This document shows, one piece after another, positions 52,451-62,784 of a DNA stretch of 64,000 nt. Within the stretch, counting starts at the first letter, position 1. Each line of letters starts with the position of its first letter. Source of the DNA: Schmidtea nova (Eukaryota); the NCBI GenBank assembly GCA_044892505.1, contig CM097883.1:152582001-152646000 (forward strand). The letters are read 5' to 3'. A program made the translations under genes and the position numbers. The notes under the pieces were generated by a model that saw nothing but the letters and a program-made list of their open reading frames with translations, was not told the origin of the DNA and made no database searches.

Positions 52451-54415
52451 CTAGTTATCCTTTGCGAATAGGTTTTGAGCTGCTCTCTTGCGTATATGCG
52501 CTTGTTCGTTCTTGATGCGATCTTCCACTATATCTGGTCTATAGCTGACCACCAATGTTTCGCGTGTTTCGACTTCCTTATATACCAAAGACGAAATCAC
52601 GTATGATTTTCCGTTGGCCTCCAATACGCCATAGTAAGGGAAGTTTGAGACTGATGATTGGTGTACCGGTTTCCCGTCGTATTCTTTTATCCTAGGTACC
52701 CAATTTCTCTCTGGTCGCTGCCAAAAACTAGGGTCTTCATTGTCCAAATCCTGGGGTATCTTTGCTGAATTTCCCGTTCCAACGAAATCCCCTTCTCTTA
52801 TAATAATAGGTTCGCCCTTAACCTCAGGAATCTGTTCCATATCGGGTGGAACGAATGCTGTTTCGATTAAATCTTTGTCTTCCGTCGAGAGGAGATTTGG
52901 TACTTTCTTCTTGATCTTTAGATCTTGTAACCTTACAACAGGTTCTTGACTTTTCGTTGGGGGTGACTTTTCTACTGAAGTCAATTTTTTAAAAGTCTTA
53001 GTAACTTTTTCCAAGAGCTTGTTCTCTTTCTTTGGTGGATTTTCTGGCACGATCTTTGTAATTGTACGGCTGTCTCCGTGTAAAGTTAAACGCATCTCTG
53101 TTTGCTCCTCACCCTCGCTTTCGCAGGTGGCATAATCGTCTTCATCAGCTAATGATATAGCTGGAGGAGATAGTGATTCTTCCTCAACTATCTTTTGCAA
53201 TTTGGTTGATAATGGTTGTTCCTGGGGTAAGCTCTCAATAGCTTTCCTTTTACTCGTTTCTTGTGGCTGTATTGTATGAACCATTTTGACTTCTGATGTA
53301 ATCGTCCCACTACGATTACCTGGGGTGATGTCATCTACCCAAACTTCTCTCAGTTTGAGGTAAATATTACGTGTCGTTTCCACGTCATTTTCCGTTTTCA
53401 GATCTGAACGGTTTAGTTCTTCCTTTTCGAGAATTGACTTTGATAAATACGCGAGTCGATAATGTCCGTTACATTTCTTTAGTTCTCTCGCTTCCAGACA
53501 TTTTGCTGCTCCTAGTTCTCTAATTCCCAAAACTCGTTGAGGGTGTAACTGAACTGCTTCCAAGAAATCATTGACTTGGAGACCTATTAGGATTTTCCCA
53601 TCACATAATTTTCTAATACGGTCTGCGCAATCCTCTCCGTCAAATTGTCCGATAATTTCTTTTTCGGTCATACCATGCGCGTGCGATTGGTAATGTTTGA
53701 CCTGGTTTCTGGGTGTAACCACCGTGTTTAATATTAAATCACCACAGTAGTTTGCTATCAAAACAGCCACCAAAGCTGGCTTTAAATAATCTCGCAAAGT
53801 TGCGTAATGCGCTGCAATAAATATTGACAATCTATCTTCTTGATTGGGGTGCAGATTCATCCGAACAAAGGATTTGAATGACTTGAGATCGTTCTCATTC
53901 ACATTATAGGTCCAGGCAGGTTCGTTTTTCCACAATGATTGCACTGCCTTGCTGGGTTCCAAAATCTCTAATACCACAATAGTATTATATCCGTCACATT
54001 GGATGGAGATATTCTTTTCTCTGCTATCTCCGTTACTAATTTCTAGAGTTGATTCTGGTTGAAGTAGGATGGGTCCTGTGGCTCCTGCCATGAAGATTGT
54101 AAAGGGTTTATTGATCGCGTGAATCAGGAGATGGTGAGTAAATGTTGATCTGTTAAATTCCGCCATGTGTTCAGTCAACCGGGTGTTCTCACGGCTGGTG
54201 ATTGTGACTATGCACATTTGTCTCTTAGGCGATCCGAGAAACTTAAAATTGTTCGGGATGCCGGTGCAGTGCCCGTAATACCAATAGCGACGACCTTTCC
54301 GTGCTTCTGCGGATATCGCTTTTTCGATGTTTCGATAAATCAGTTTTTCCTTCTGTACTGTTTGCACATCGATAGTGCTATAACGCTGCTTGTATTGTGA
54401 CACTTGATGCTTCAT
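52451..54415 (-). CDS. Accessory ORF3 with a degenerate DEDDh (REX4/ISG20-like) exonuclease domain
   Basis: LVAVLIANYCGDLILNTVVTP..QVKHYQSHAHGM...LCDGKILIG...RLAYLSKSIL...ENDVETTRNIY (53340-53830); acceptor TTTTTCTTTCAG at 54418, 2 nt before ATG 54415. Confidence 0.75.
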   Translation of the reverse strand: MKHQVSQYKQRYSTIDVQTVQKEKLIYRNIEKAISAEARKGRRYWYYGHCTGIPNNFKFLGSPKRQMCIVTITSRENTRLTEHMAEFNRSTFTHHLLIHAINKPFTIFMAGATGPILLQPESTLEISNGDSREKNISIQCDGYNTIVVLEILEPSKAVQSLWKNEPAWTYNVNENDLKSFKSFVRMNLHPNQEDRLSIFIAAHYATLRDYLKPALVAVLIANYCGDLILNTVVTPRNQVKHYQSHAHGMTEKEIIGQFDGEDCADRIRKLCDGKILIGLQVNDFLEAVQLHPQRVLGIRELGAAKCLEARELKKCNGHYRLAYLSKSILEKEELNRSDLKTENDVETTRNIYLKLREVWVDDITPGNRSGTITSEVKMVHTIQPQETSKRKAIESLPQEQPLSTKLQKIVEEESLSPPAISLADEDDYATCESEGEEQTEMRLTLHGDSRTITKIVPENPPKKENKLLEKVTKTFKKLTSVEKSPPTKSQEPVVRLQDLKIKKKVPNLLSTEDKDLIETAFVPPDMEQIPEVKGEPIIIREGDFVGTGNSAKIPQDLDNEDPSFWQRPERNWVPRIKEYDGKPVHQSSVSNFPYYGVLEANGKSYVISSLVYKEVETRETLVVSYRPDIVEDRIKNEQAHIRKRAAQNLFAKDN

Positions 54416-54601
54416 ATCTGAAAGAAAAATAATTAACGTTAATATCAGATATACTGATATGCCAATATTGGCTAAAAAGAAATGCATAAATCTCGATTTA
54501 CGGGATCTACTTATGCTGTAAGTTAATGCTACTCGGAGCTCAACAAGATTATAGATTTTAATATATATATAAATACAAATATGTGATTTTATCTGTAATT
54601 G

Positions 54602-57600
54602 TCATAATCTCGTCATCATAATCCCATCAACCGACTCAATAGCCTGGCTGAAGAATAATTTCATCCAAACTCCCATTGCTATCAATGTAGTGATCATAGC
54701 TAATACTGCTGACGTAATAATCCATACCCCAACGGGTAATTTTCCCAAGTGAGTAATGGGGTTTACTTCATTAATTTCACACTGACAACTTTTAATATAG
54801 CTTTCTGTTGATACTGTTGGTTTTACCATTTTCAATCCTTTCAATCTCTGCCATATTGCAGGATGAATGACGTAACTCTCTTTCCGTATTAAGGATGTAA
54901 CCGATTTCGTTGTCGTCGATGATTGAGGTAATTTCAAAGGTATTACTTCGTAAAATACCTCATTCCATTCATCGACTCCGGGCTTTTGTTTATTATTCAT
55001 ATAAGTGATATGAGCTTCCCACTCCACTGAGTTGTTCCACTTGAGATTTTGTTTCTCAACATCTTCATTTAGCCACAATTCTTGTACAATTTCCTTGTCG
55101 GAATGGATTTCTATCTTTACTCTATCCACTCCTTGTTTTGGTTGGCTGAAGGTAATCATACCTTGTTGGATATTTATTCTAGCTTTCCTTTTGAAATCTG
55201 CTGTCTTCAGCTTCCATTGTGACTTTGAAAAATCTGACCATCGTCCAAACATAAAATGTTGAACAAGTATATCTAATAAATATTCCTTTTCTGCTCGTAA
55301 GTCCTTTATGACTTTCACTCTTGTGTTTGAATCCAATGTAAAATGGAAACAACGTCGTTCACAAAACGAGAACTTGAATTTTGTATCATTTTCAGCCAAT
55401 GATATTATCCTAAATTCCTGGAAAGATCTTCTGAATGCGAGATCTTGGATTTGAACCGCTGTTGGAACAAATGTCTTTACACAGGATATGAGGCAACTTA
55501 TTATTACCAAAAATGTAACTGATTTTGGCACGCCTCTTGATCGTAATGGATATCTGTCTGAGACTGGTTCTGACCCTTTATCCTCCTTTTTCTTAATCGG
55601 ATCTTTCTCCGTGACCGCAACCTTCTTGCATCTGTTAGCATGTACCATTATTGGTTCAGCTTTTCTATTTGCTACTAATTGCAAGATTAAATTCGTGTCT
55701 GTTGTTCTTAAAACCTCATACGGTCCTTTGAAGTTTCTCATTAATTTAGGTGATAAGCCCTTTTTATTATAATGGCTTTCCAACATCACCTTGTCTCCAA
55801 CTAACATGCCATGTCCTTTGGCTTTCTTGTCATGATAATCTTTCGAGGCTTCCTGACTGAATTTTATACTAAGACCTGCTTTTGTCCATGCTTCTTGCAT
55901 TCTTTCTCTCATTTCCATGAGGTAATCCTCTTGGTCTAGATACTGTGTTGCTTTTGGGAAGAACAACAAATCTATAGGCATTTTACTTTGCCTTAAATAC
56001 ATGAGATAGAACGGCGTTTGTCCCGTACCCTCATGAACAGCATTTCTGTATGCGAATAGGCATGATGGAATATGTATATCCCAATCCGTTTGCCCTGAAT
56101 TTACGTATGATGCTAGCATATTTGCGAGCGTTCCGTTAAATCTCTCTACCAATCCGTCTGTTTGTGGATGATACGGAGAGGTATTCAATTTTAAAATGTC
56201 GAAATAATCATTTATTCCTTTTAACAGATTACTCATGAAATCTGCTCCTCTATCTGTTAGTAGTTTTGTAGGTACTCCATACCTAAAAACAATTTGCTCT
56301 ACGAAAATCCTGGCTATCGTATCTGCCTTGTGATTCGGTATCGGATAAGCCTCCGGCCATTTCGTCAAGTAATCGCAAAATACCAATATGTATTTGTTAC
56401 CACTATTTGATTCTTTGAATGGCCCTAAAACATCCATTGCCGTCATTTCCATCGGTGTGGATGGTACTGGCATTGGTTTCATTGGCACATGCGGTTTCTT
56501 CCCCGTATTTCTCCTGGTGATACAGATCTTACATGTCTGACACCATTCCTGTACGTCTTGTTTGATTGTCGGCCAGAAATATTTCTGCTTCAACCTTGAC
56601 AATGTTTTCCTGGAAGACAAATGCCCTCCCAGTGCTCCATCATGATATTGTAACATCAAGGCTTCCCGATATTTCTTAGGGACCATTATGACATTATCCC
56701 TTACATCCACATATTTGACTAATCCTTCTTCTAGGATAAATTTGTCTCGATTTTTCTCCCAATATTTATTAAATTCCGTCGGTATGAACTTTGCTTCTAA
56801 AGCCTGTCTGATTTGGTTTATCTCTTCATCCGATTGTTGTGCTGCCATTAAATCCGCGAGTCTGTTTGCTTCTCTTGTAAGTGCGAAGATTGTTCCTTCT
56901 AATCTTCCTTCCTTAACGTCTTCTGCTTCATCACCCTGGTCCATTCGAGAAAATGCATCCGCATTACCATTTTGGTGTCCTTTTCGGTAATGTATTTCGA
57001 TGTCGTATGGCTGCAAGATCAATGCCCATCTAACCAATTTTGATGTATCCATAGTATGCTTGGTTAACCACTGTAATGGTCTATGATCCGTATACACAAT
57101 GATCTTTCGACCCCATAAATATGTCCTGAATTGGTGTATAGCATACACAATTGCTAATGCTTCTAATTCGATAACTGCATAATTCTTTTCATGTGGTTTT
57201 AATCCTCTGCTAGCATACGCTATGGCATATTCGTCTCCTAGGTCATCTCTTTGACCTAACACAGCACCAATACCCCGAGTGCTGGCGTCTGTCATGACCA
57301 AAAATTGTTTCTCAAAATCTGGAAACCGTAATATAGGAGGTTCCACGAGCATCCTCTTTAGCATATCAAATGCTTCCTGTTGCTCTTTTCCCCATACAAA
57401 TTTGACATTTTTGCCCTCTAATTGTGTCAGAGGAAATGCTATTGCCGAAAAGTTCCTGATGAACTTCCTGTAATATCCCACTAAGCCCAAAAACCCTTTT
57501 ATATGTTTGACAGTCTTTGGCTCTGGAAAATTCTTTGCTTTCTCAACATTTGCTGGATCTGGCTTTACTCCATCCTTCGAGATAATGTGACCGACATAGA

Positions 57601-60214
57601 CTACCTCTGATTCGGCCCATTTACATTTCGATGGTTTTACCTTAAGATTTGCATTAATTAACCTTTTGAATACGTCCTCTAAATGTTCTAAATGTTTTTC
57701 CAAATCAGGAGAAAATACTATGATGTCATCTATGTATACCATTGCATGATGAACATCCATTAACATTAGATTCATTGCTCTTTGAAACGTTGCCGGCGCT
57801 CCTGTGAGACCAAATGGCATTACTGTATATTCGAAGTGTCCAAGGCTTGTGGAAAAAGCCGTAATTGGTATTGTCTCCTCTTTTAACTTGATTTGGTAAA
57901 ATCCCTTCTGAGCATCCATCACTGAGAAATATTTTGAATTTCTCATACGACCGTAGATGTAATCCAGTAATGGTAATGGGTGACTATCCTTGCAAGTTGC
58001 TTCGTTTACCATTCGATAATCGTTGCATAGTCGTACTGTTCCATCCTTTTTTGCCACTACTATCATTGGTGACTGGTATGGTGATTTACTATGCCTGATG
58101 ATGTTATGTTTTAACATCAGTTTTACCTGCTTATCGACAGGTTCTTCCAAGCTAAACGGAATTCGATACGGTCTCAGCTTTATTGGTTTAATGTTGTTAA
58201 GAACAATTTCATGTTCCAACAAGTTCGTCTTTCCCAGATCATATTCGTGCTTGGCGAATACTTGATCATATTTTCTTAACAACATGTTTACTTGAATATT
58301 CTCTCTTCGTGAAAGAGCTTTACTATTTGCCGTTGGCGCATCATAGTACTCGATGTCTGGTTCTCTATTCTCTGCCTTCACTGTCAGGACGGATCCCCCA
58401 ATCGGTAATTGATCCGACTTTGATACTCTCCCTACTCTTGTATCTGGATACAATTTTAATGGTTTTATATCTAAATTGGCTACCCGAATTGGTATTCTGC
58501 CATTTTCAACTTTACCAACGCTATGCGTAATTGGTAGATCATATTTTGCTGAGAACCTTTCATCTGGTTCGAATACAACTTCTCCTTCCCACTGTTCGCT
58601 AGTGGACACGAAACATACTGTTTCTGCTCTAGGTGGTATTATCATCGTATGGTCGATGAAAACTGTATCATCATTATAAACTTTTCTTTTCTTACCGATT
58701 GATCTGACTAACAATCCGGTAGCACAATCGAACACAACTCCTTTTAATCTTCTTAAAAGATCCATTCCTAGTAGACATTCTACTGGACAAGTTCTCATGA
58801 CTATAATATCATGACGAAATTCTTGGCCACATAGCTTGATGTTACAAGCTAGAGTACCGATAATATTCAATGATGTGCCTGTAGCACCTGTTAGCGAAAC
58901 TCTTGAGGTTTCCATTGATTCCAATTCTTTTTGATTTAATAGTGTTGCCTCTATGATGGTGCCGTCTGCTCCTGAATCTATCACTGCATTAACTGTGTGT
59001 CTGTTTATTTTTATCTTTATCATGGGTTTCTTATCCAAGTTCACCCCATTTGCCATCAAAATAGTAGCATGCGTTATCCCGATGGTATTTGCTCTGAATT
59101 TCTCTGCTTCATCTTGTTCGGTATCACTCAATTTTGGATTATATTCCTTGAATTTAGCTTTTATTGCTTCTAACGACTCGATAGGATACAGTTTCCCTTC
59201 ATTTTCTAACGATAATGATATGCTTTTACCTGTTTCTCGAGCATCTTTGTCGAGAATTTGTTGATGTTTAGAAGTGTACATTTTGTTCCTTGGTAAAGTT
59301 AAAGCATAACTTGGCTTGCCTTCTCCTGATGTCTTTTGAAACTCTGGCGATTCTCCCTTTGGCGCTGTTGGTAAGCTTCTAAGATATGGCAATTGCATAT
59401 ATCTTGGGCTTCTTTTCAATCTAGGCGATGCTGTATTGATTGCAAATTTCTGGTCTGCACTATCGTATTCATCTTCTGAAATCATACTTTTGTCGAAAAT
59501 CTGTTTTGTCGCTTCGTAAGGTGGTTGATAATCCCGATATTTCATTTTCCTTAATTGATGATTCGGTTTTTTATTGTAGTTTCTTTTTCGACTTCTACTT
59601 TGCCTCTGAACTGTATTAAGAGAGTCTCCATTACCTCCTCCTTCCGAATTGTTATCGTCCCGATAACTTGTATTACCCTCCATTTCGATTCCAATAATCT
59701 CGTGTTTTACCAAGCTTCTCTGTTTGATTGTCTTTATTTCTTTACGATGATGTTTAAACAATGCAAATTCCGCACACATAGGACATAATCCTAGTATCAA
59801 CTTCCAAGACCATCCACCGATTTTGAATATACTGTATGTGGAAATTAATTGTGTTATTATTAACTTTAGAATTACGAATATTGCATATATTCCTGAGCAG
59901 CCTGCCACGAAAATACCAAAATTGGTAAACCTTCCCCATATTTTCATCATTACATTTTTTGCTGCTTCTTTATAATGATCTGGACCAAATAATAAATTGT
60001 AATCTGGTCTCATTTCGTTTGCTTGGTAAATTGTTCTTATGATTTCGGTGATACCTCTTTCTCTTACTTGAGGGAATAGCAATGTCTGTCTTGCCTCCTC
60101 AATGTCTGCTGGAGTGTAAATTCCTCCTTGTGATAATTCATCGAGTGATTTAAATTCCATGTTTTCCTCGAGTTTCGTGACTTCCAATGTTTCCACCTTT
60201 CTATTAGATGGTTT
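54602..60214 (-). CDS. pol: Polyprotein: env C-terminus/TM, protease, RT, RNase H, integrase, type-I membrane protein
   Basis: VIDSGA (DSG 58970-58978); YIDD (57725-57736); TDAS, ELE and TDH in RNase H; HHCC plus MDVLG, TDRG, VERFN in integrase; GPY; RYPLRSR; then a hydrophobic segment and a C-terminal TM. Confidence 0.95.
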   Translation of the reverse strand, partial: KPSNRKVETLEVTKLEENMEFKSLDELSQGGIYTPADIEEARQTLLFPQVRERGITEIIRTIYQANEMRPDYNLLFGPDHYKEAAKNVMMKIWGRFTNFGIFVAGCSGIYAIFVILKLIITQLISTYSIFKIGGWSWKLILGLCPMCAEFALFKHHRKEIKTIKQRSLVKHEIIGIEMEGNTSYRDDNNSEGGGNGDSLNTVQRQSRSRKRNYNKKPNHQLRKMKYRDYQPPYEATKQIFDKSMISEDEYDSADQKFAINTASPRLKRSPRYMQLPYLRSLPTAPKGESPEFQKTSGEGKPSYALTLPRNKMYTSKHQQILDKDARETGKSISLSLENEGKLYPIESLEAIKAKFKEYNPKLSDTEQDEAEKFRANTIGITHATILMANGVNLDKKPMIKIKINRHTVNAVIDSGADGTIIEATLLNQKELESMETSRVSLTGATGTSLNIIGTLACNIKLCGQEFRHDIIVMRTCPVECLLGMDLLRRLKGVVFDCATGLLVRSIGKKRKVYNDDTVFIDHTMIIPPRAETVCFVSTSEQWEGEVVFEPDERFSAKYDLPITHSVGKVENGRIPIRVANLDIKPLKLYPDTRVGRVSKSDQLPIGGSVLTVKAENREPDIEYYDAPTANSKALSRRENIQVNMLLRKYDQVFAKHEYDLGKTNLLEHEIVLNNIKPIKLRPYRIPFSLEEPVDKQVKLMLKHNIIRHSKSPYQSPMIVVAKKDGTVRLCNDYRMVNEATCKDSHPLPLLDYIYGRMRNSKYFSVMDAQKGFYQIKLKEETIPITAFSTSLGHFEYTVMPFGLTGAPATFQRAMNLMLMDVHHAMVYIDDIIVFSPDLEKHLEHLEDVFKRLINANLKVKPSKCKWAESEVVYVGHIISKDGVKPDPANVEKAKNFPEPKTVKHIKGFLGLVGYYRKFIRNFSAIAFPLTQLEGKNVKFVWGKEQQEAFDMLKRMLVEPPILRFPDFEKQFLVMTDASTRGIGAVLGQRDDLGDEYAIAYASRGLKPHEKNYAVIELEALAIVYAIHQFRTYLWGRKIIVYTDHRPLQWLTKHTMDTSKLVRWALILQPYDIEIHYRKGHQNGNADAFSRMDQGDEAEDVKEGRLEGTIFALTREANRLADLMAAQQSDEEINQIRQALEAKFIPTEFNKYWEKNRDKFILEEGLVKYVDVRDNVIMVPKKYREALMLQYHDGALGGHLSSRKTLSRLKQKYFWPTIKQDVQEWCQTCKICITRRNTGKKPHVPMKPMPVPSTPMEMTAMDVLGPFKESNSGNKYILVFCDYLTKWPEAYPIPNHKADTIARIFVEQIVFRYGVPTKLLTDRGADFMSNLLKGINDYFDILKLNTSPYHPQTDGLVERFNGTLANMLASYVNSGQTDWDIHIPSCLFAYRNAVHEGTGQTPFYLMYLRQSKMPIDLLFFPKATQYLDQEDYLMEMRERMQEAWTKAGLSIKFSQEASKDYHDKKAKGHGMLVGDKVMLESHYNKKGLSPKLMRNFKGPYEVLRTTDTNLILQLVANRKAEPIMVHANRCKKVAVTEKDPIKKKEDKGSEPVSDRYPLRSRGVPKSVTFLVIISCLISCVKTFVPTAVQIQDLAFRRSFQEFRIISLAENDTKFKFSFCERRCFHFTLDSNTRVKVIKDLRAEKEYLLDILVQHFMFGRWSDFSKSQWKLKTADFKRKARINIQQGMITFSQPKQGVDRVKIEIHSDKEIVQELWLNEDVEKQNLKWNNSVEWEAHITYMNNKQKPGVDEWNEVFYEVIPLKLPQSSTTTKSVTSLIRKESYVIHPAIWQRLKGLKMVKPTVSTESYIKSCQCEINEVNPITHLGKLPVGVWIITSAVLAMITTLIAMGVWMKLFFSQAIESVDGIMMTRL

Positions 60215-62779
60215 TCAGTCAGGTAATGAGATCCATCTATCATTTACTTTGTATAACGGTGATATTGCTGGATTGCAAATTGAAGGTTGAGGCTTTTGTT
60301 TTTCATCCAAAAGTCTCCTCGTTACTGGCATTACAAATCGTATTCTGTTTTGATATGACACTGGTAATTCTAGAGTACATTCGTTATACCTAGTTAATTG
60401 TACCTCTATGGGTTGACATTGATAGCTGTATATAGCTTCCCCCATAATTCTGCCAAACATTCCATCTTCTAGCGACATAGGTGTCACTAGATCCGGATTC
60501 ACGATTGATATCGCTAATCGATTTCGAACTATTTCGCGATTTAGTTTGCAATCATTGAGTATTACTTCCTGATACATTTCCTGCATTTGTCCTTGCAGAT
60601 CATGATATAAATAATCTATTTTATTATTTATATAGTTCGTGATTTTGATATCCTGGCTGTGAATATTCTTGGCTTTTTGGATAATTGTTTTTGACAAATA
60701 TAATCCTTTATAGTTGGTCTCGTACACCACTTTTCCGCATTTTGTCTTCTTATCTTTTCTGACAAATCTGATTGCATCTTTCTTATCTTCTGATACTAAT
60801 ACTAGAGGTGTAATTTCCTCACTAATATCCTCTTTTTGCTGTTTGTTGATCCTTTTCAACGTCTTTTCTTTATCCCAAATTCTTTCTCTTTTGGGTAAAT
60901 CTCGATACTTTGTCCCGTTCAACTTATGGAAATTAATTTTCTTTAGTAATGACAATTCGCAATGGTCTAGTATTTGATCGTATAATAATGTGCTGACCCC
61001 TGTTCTGCAGCTTCCAAATTTCGCAAGGCACTGAGGGTGTGCCATTAATCTTCCTGATAATACATCGAACGTCCCTTCGTATTCTCTTAATTCGATTGAA
61101 TAGTCCTCGATATCTACGACAAAGCTTACCAACTCCGATCCGCGAGTTTTCTTTCTTCCCGTACAGGTACCATCTGATCCGATTGATCCTCCTCGTGTAA
61201 TGGTTACTCCCAGTGTTTTTCCTACTTCCGCGGCGATGGTTACCTCGTTATCGATTCTTAAAGTACCTTTTCGAAAGGCGTCTAGACAATCCTCTGGCAA
61301 TATGTTGACAGGTCTAGGTATTAGAGTGGCTGATAGAAAAGCCGTATAGCTGTGTGAACCACAATAATATTCAAATGTCGCTCTTTGGACTCTACATTCT
61401 CTTATCTTAGTTCTGAAGAATTCACTTTCTTGATAGACATAGTATTCGACCTTTTCTCCTGTTTGGACTTTCTCTGGATATGCCTCTTTGCACTCAATTG
61501 CATCCACGAGCGAGTATATCCGAGCTAACTTTGGATCACTGCAATCGAACGCTGTCATTGTGTTTGTCTGTTTCATTATCCCCATCATTACTAAAAACAT
61601 TAATATCATATTCGTCATATTCCCCATTCCTCCATTTCCGAGGTGGTTGTTATTCATAGCTTCTTCCACAAATTCATATCGTGGTTTATGTTTCTCCTCT
61701 TCCCAGAAGTTATTTTCACTCATCCACGTTCCGAGATAATGCTCCGTTATCTCCGTGATCTGATCTATTTCTCGATTAATAAACTTCTTCTCATTGCCTG
61801 CGCGGGCTAAAGCATCTTGAATCAACATAGATAATGCTGTCACTATTTTTCCTTTAGATAACCCATCTTGTATGAGCGTCTCTACCATACTCTGTATCTC
61901 GTTTTGCGGTACCCCTCTAGGTAATCTCCTCATAGTCTTCGCGATTGACTGTGTCACTTTATCCACTTGAATTCCTTTAATCCGAGTGATCTGCCATTCT
62001 GGCTTTAATATTCCTATGATCTGTTTTAATCTCTTCCATGTCAGAGATTTTTCTGGTATATGTACTCCCTCGTCTCTCATATCAACATCCCTGGCTATTC
62101 CTGACAGGGTTTTCATCTGAACCTGTTTAATGGTTTCTTGGTTTAATTGCTCCGTTGGGGGAGGTTTCATTTGATCTTTCCTAGGCCTTCCTCGCCTATC
62201 TTTCTTTGTCTGCCATGCTGGCCTGATAGTTTCTACCGCCTGAGAAGTTGAAGCTCCCACGTTAGTTTCCTCATTATTGAGTCTGATTTCCTCTTCTCCG
62301 TGATTATCGGCATCGATATCTACATTAAATGGATGTGTTTCGACGTTACCAGTGACCATTTCATCTGGTAACCGTAATGCTGACCATTGAGATTCAGGTG
62401 GCTCTACGGGAATGATTGCTACCGTTGTAGTTTCAAAAGGTAGACATCCCACATCTACTAAATATTCATCATCATCTACTTGCCCTCCATGAATCATAAT
62501 CAAGAATATACCGGTAGTCTGCCCAGTATCTATTAAATCCTTTCTCAACGTTATCACTTTGCTAAAACAACGATATAACCTCGTCATGGGTTCTTTTCCC
62601 GATATTCGAATGTCTAAAGTTATCATGCCTTGTCGGTGTGCTTGATGACGTATTGCTGTTCCATTTTTTCTCATTAACATTTTTATTTCTGTTTGAAAAG
62701 AACTAGTTTCTTTTACTACAGGTAGTAATATAGGAATTATACTCTCCAATGATTCTACTGGTATGCGCAATACCAACAT
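60215..62779 (-). CDS. env: AT-hook-containing spacer, signal peptide and chuvirus/gB-like glycoprotein ectodomain
   Basis: RRGRPRK; MILMFLVMMGIM...TA|FDC; C-x(9)-YYCGSHS; Cys-rich ectodomain; continues in frame past one TGA into GGIYT...WGRFTNFG and the TM. Confidence 0.85.
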   Translation of the reverse strand: MLVLRIPVESLESIIPILLPVVKETSSFQTEIKMLMRKNGTAIRHQAHRQGMITLDIRISGKEPMTRLYRCFSKVITLRKDLIDTGQTTGIFLIMIHGGQVDDDEYLVDVGCLPFETTTVAIIPVEPPESQWSALRLPDEMVTGNVETHPFNVDIDADNHGEEEIRLNNEETNVGASTSQAVETIRPAWQTKKDRRGRPRKDQMKPPPTEQLNQETIKQVQMKTLSGIARDVDMRDEGVHIPEKSLTWKRLKQIIGILKPEWQITRIKGIQVDKVTQSIAKTMRRLPRGVPQNEIQSMVETLIQDGLSKGKIVTALSMLIQDALARAGNEKKFINREIDQITEITEHYLGTWMSENNFWEEEKHKPRYEFVEEAMNNNHLGNGGMGNMTNMILMFLVMMGIMKQTNTMTAFDCSDPKLARIYSLVDAIECKEAYPEKVQTGEKVEYYVYQESEFFRTKIRECRVQRATFEYYCGSHSYTAFLSATLIPRPVNILPEDCLDAFRKGTLRIDNEVTIAAEVGKTLGVTITRGGSIGSDGTCTGRKKTRGSELVSFVVDIEDYSIELREYEGTFDVLSGRLMAHPQCLAKFGSCRTGVSTLLYDQILDHCELSLLKKINFHKLNGTKYRDLPKRERIWDKEKTLKRINKQQKEDISEEITPLVLVSEDKKDAIRFVRKDKKTKCGKVVYETNYKGLYLSKTIIQKAKNIHSQDIKITNYINNKIDYLYHDLQGQMQEMYQEVILNDCKLNREIVRNRLAISIVNPDLVTPMSLEDGMFGRIMGEAIYSYQCQPIEVQLTRYNECTLELPVSYQNRIRFVMPVTRRLLDEKQKPQPSICNPAISPLYKVNDRWISLPD

Positions 62780-62784
62780 CCAGT

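Noticed and set aside
54416-54487. Hydrophobic N-terminus MHFFLANIGISVYLILTLIIFLSD as a signal peptide of ORF3
   Set aside because: It coincides with a T-rich polypyrimidine tract and CAG acceptor, so it is more likely intronic sequence read in frame; not fully excluded.
47282-60217. TGA reassignment (alternative genetic code), suggested by in-frame TGAs at 47282 and 60215
   Set aside because: TGA also terminates the pol polyprotein right after its TM tail, and no in-frame TGA occurs in the eIF4G exons or in ~1,860 codons of pol; point mutation is simpler.
52740-61739. Many short + strand ORFs opposite the retroelement genes
   Set aside because: Shadow ORFs of long coding frames with no motifs.
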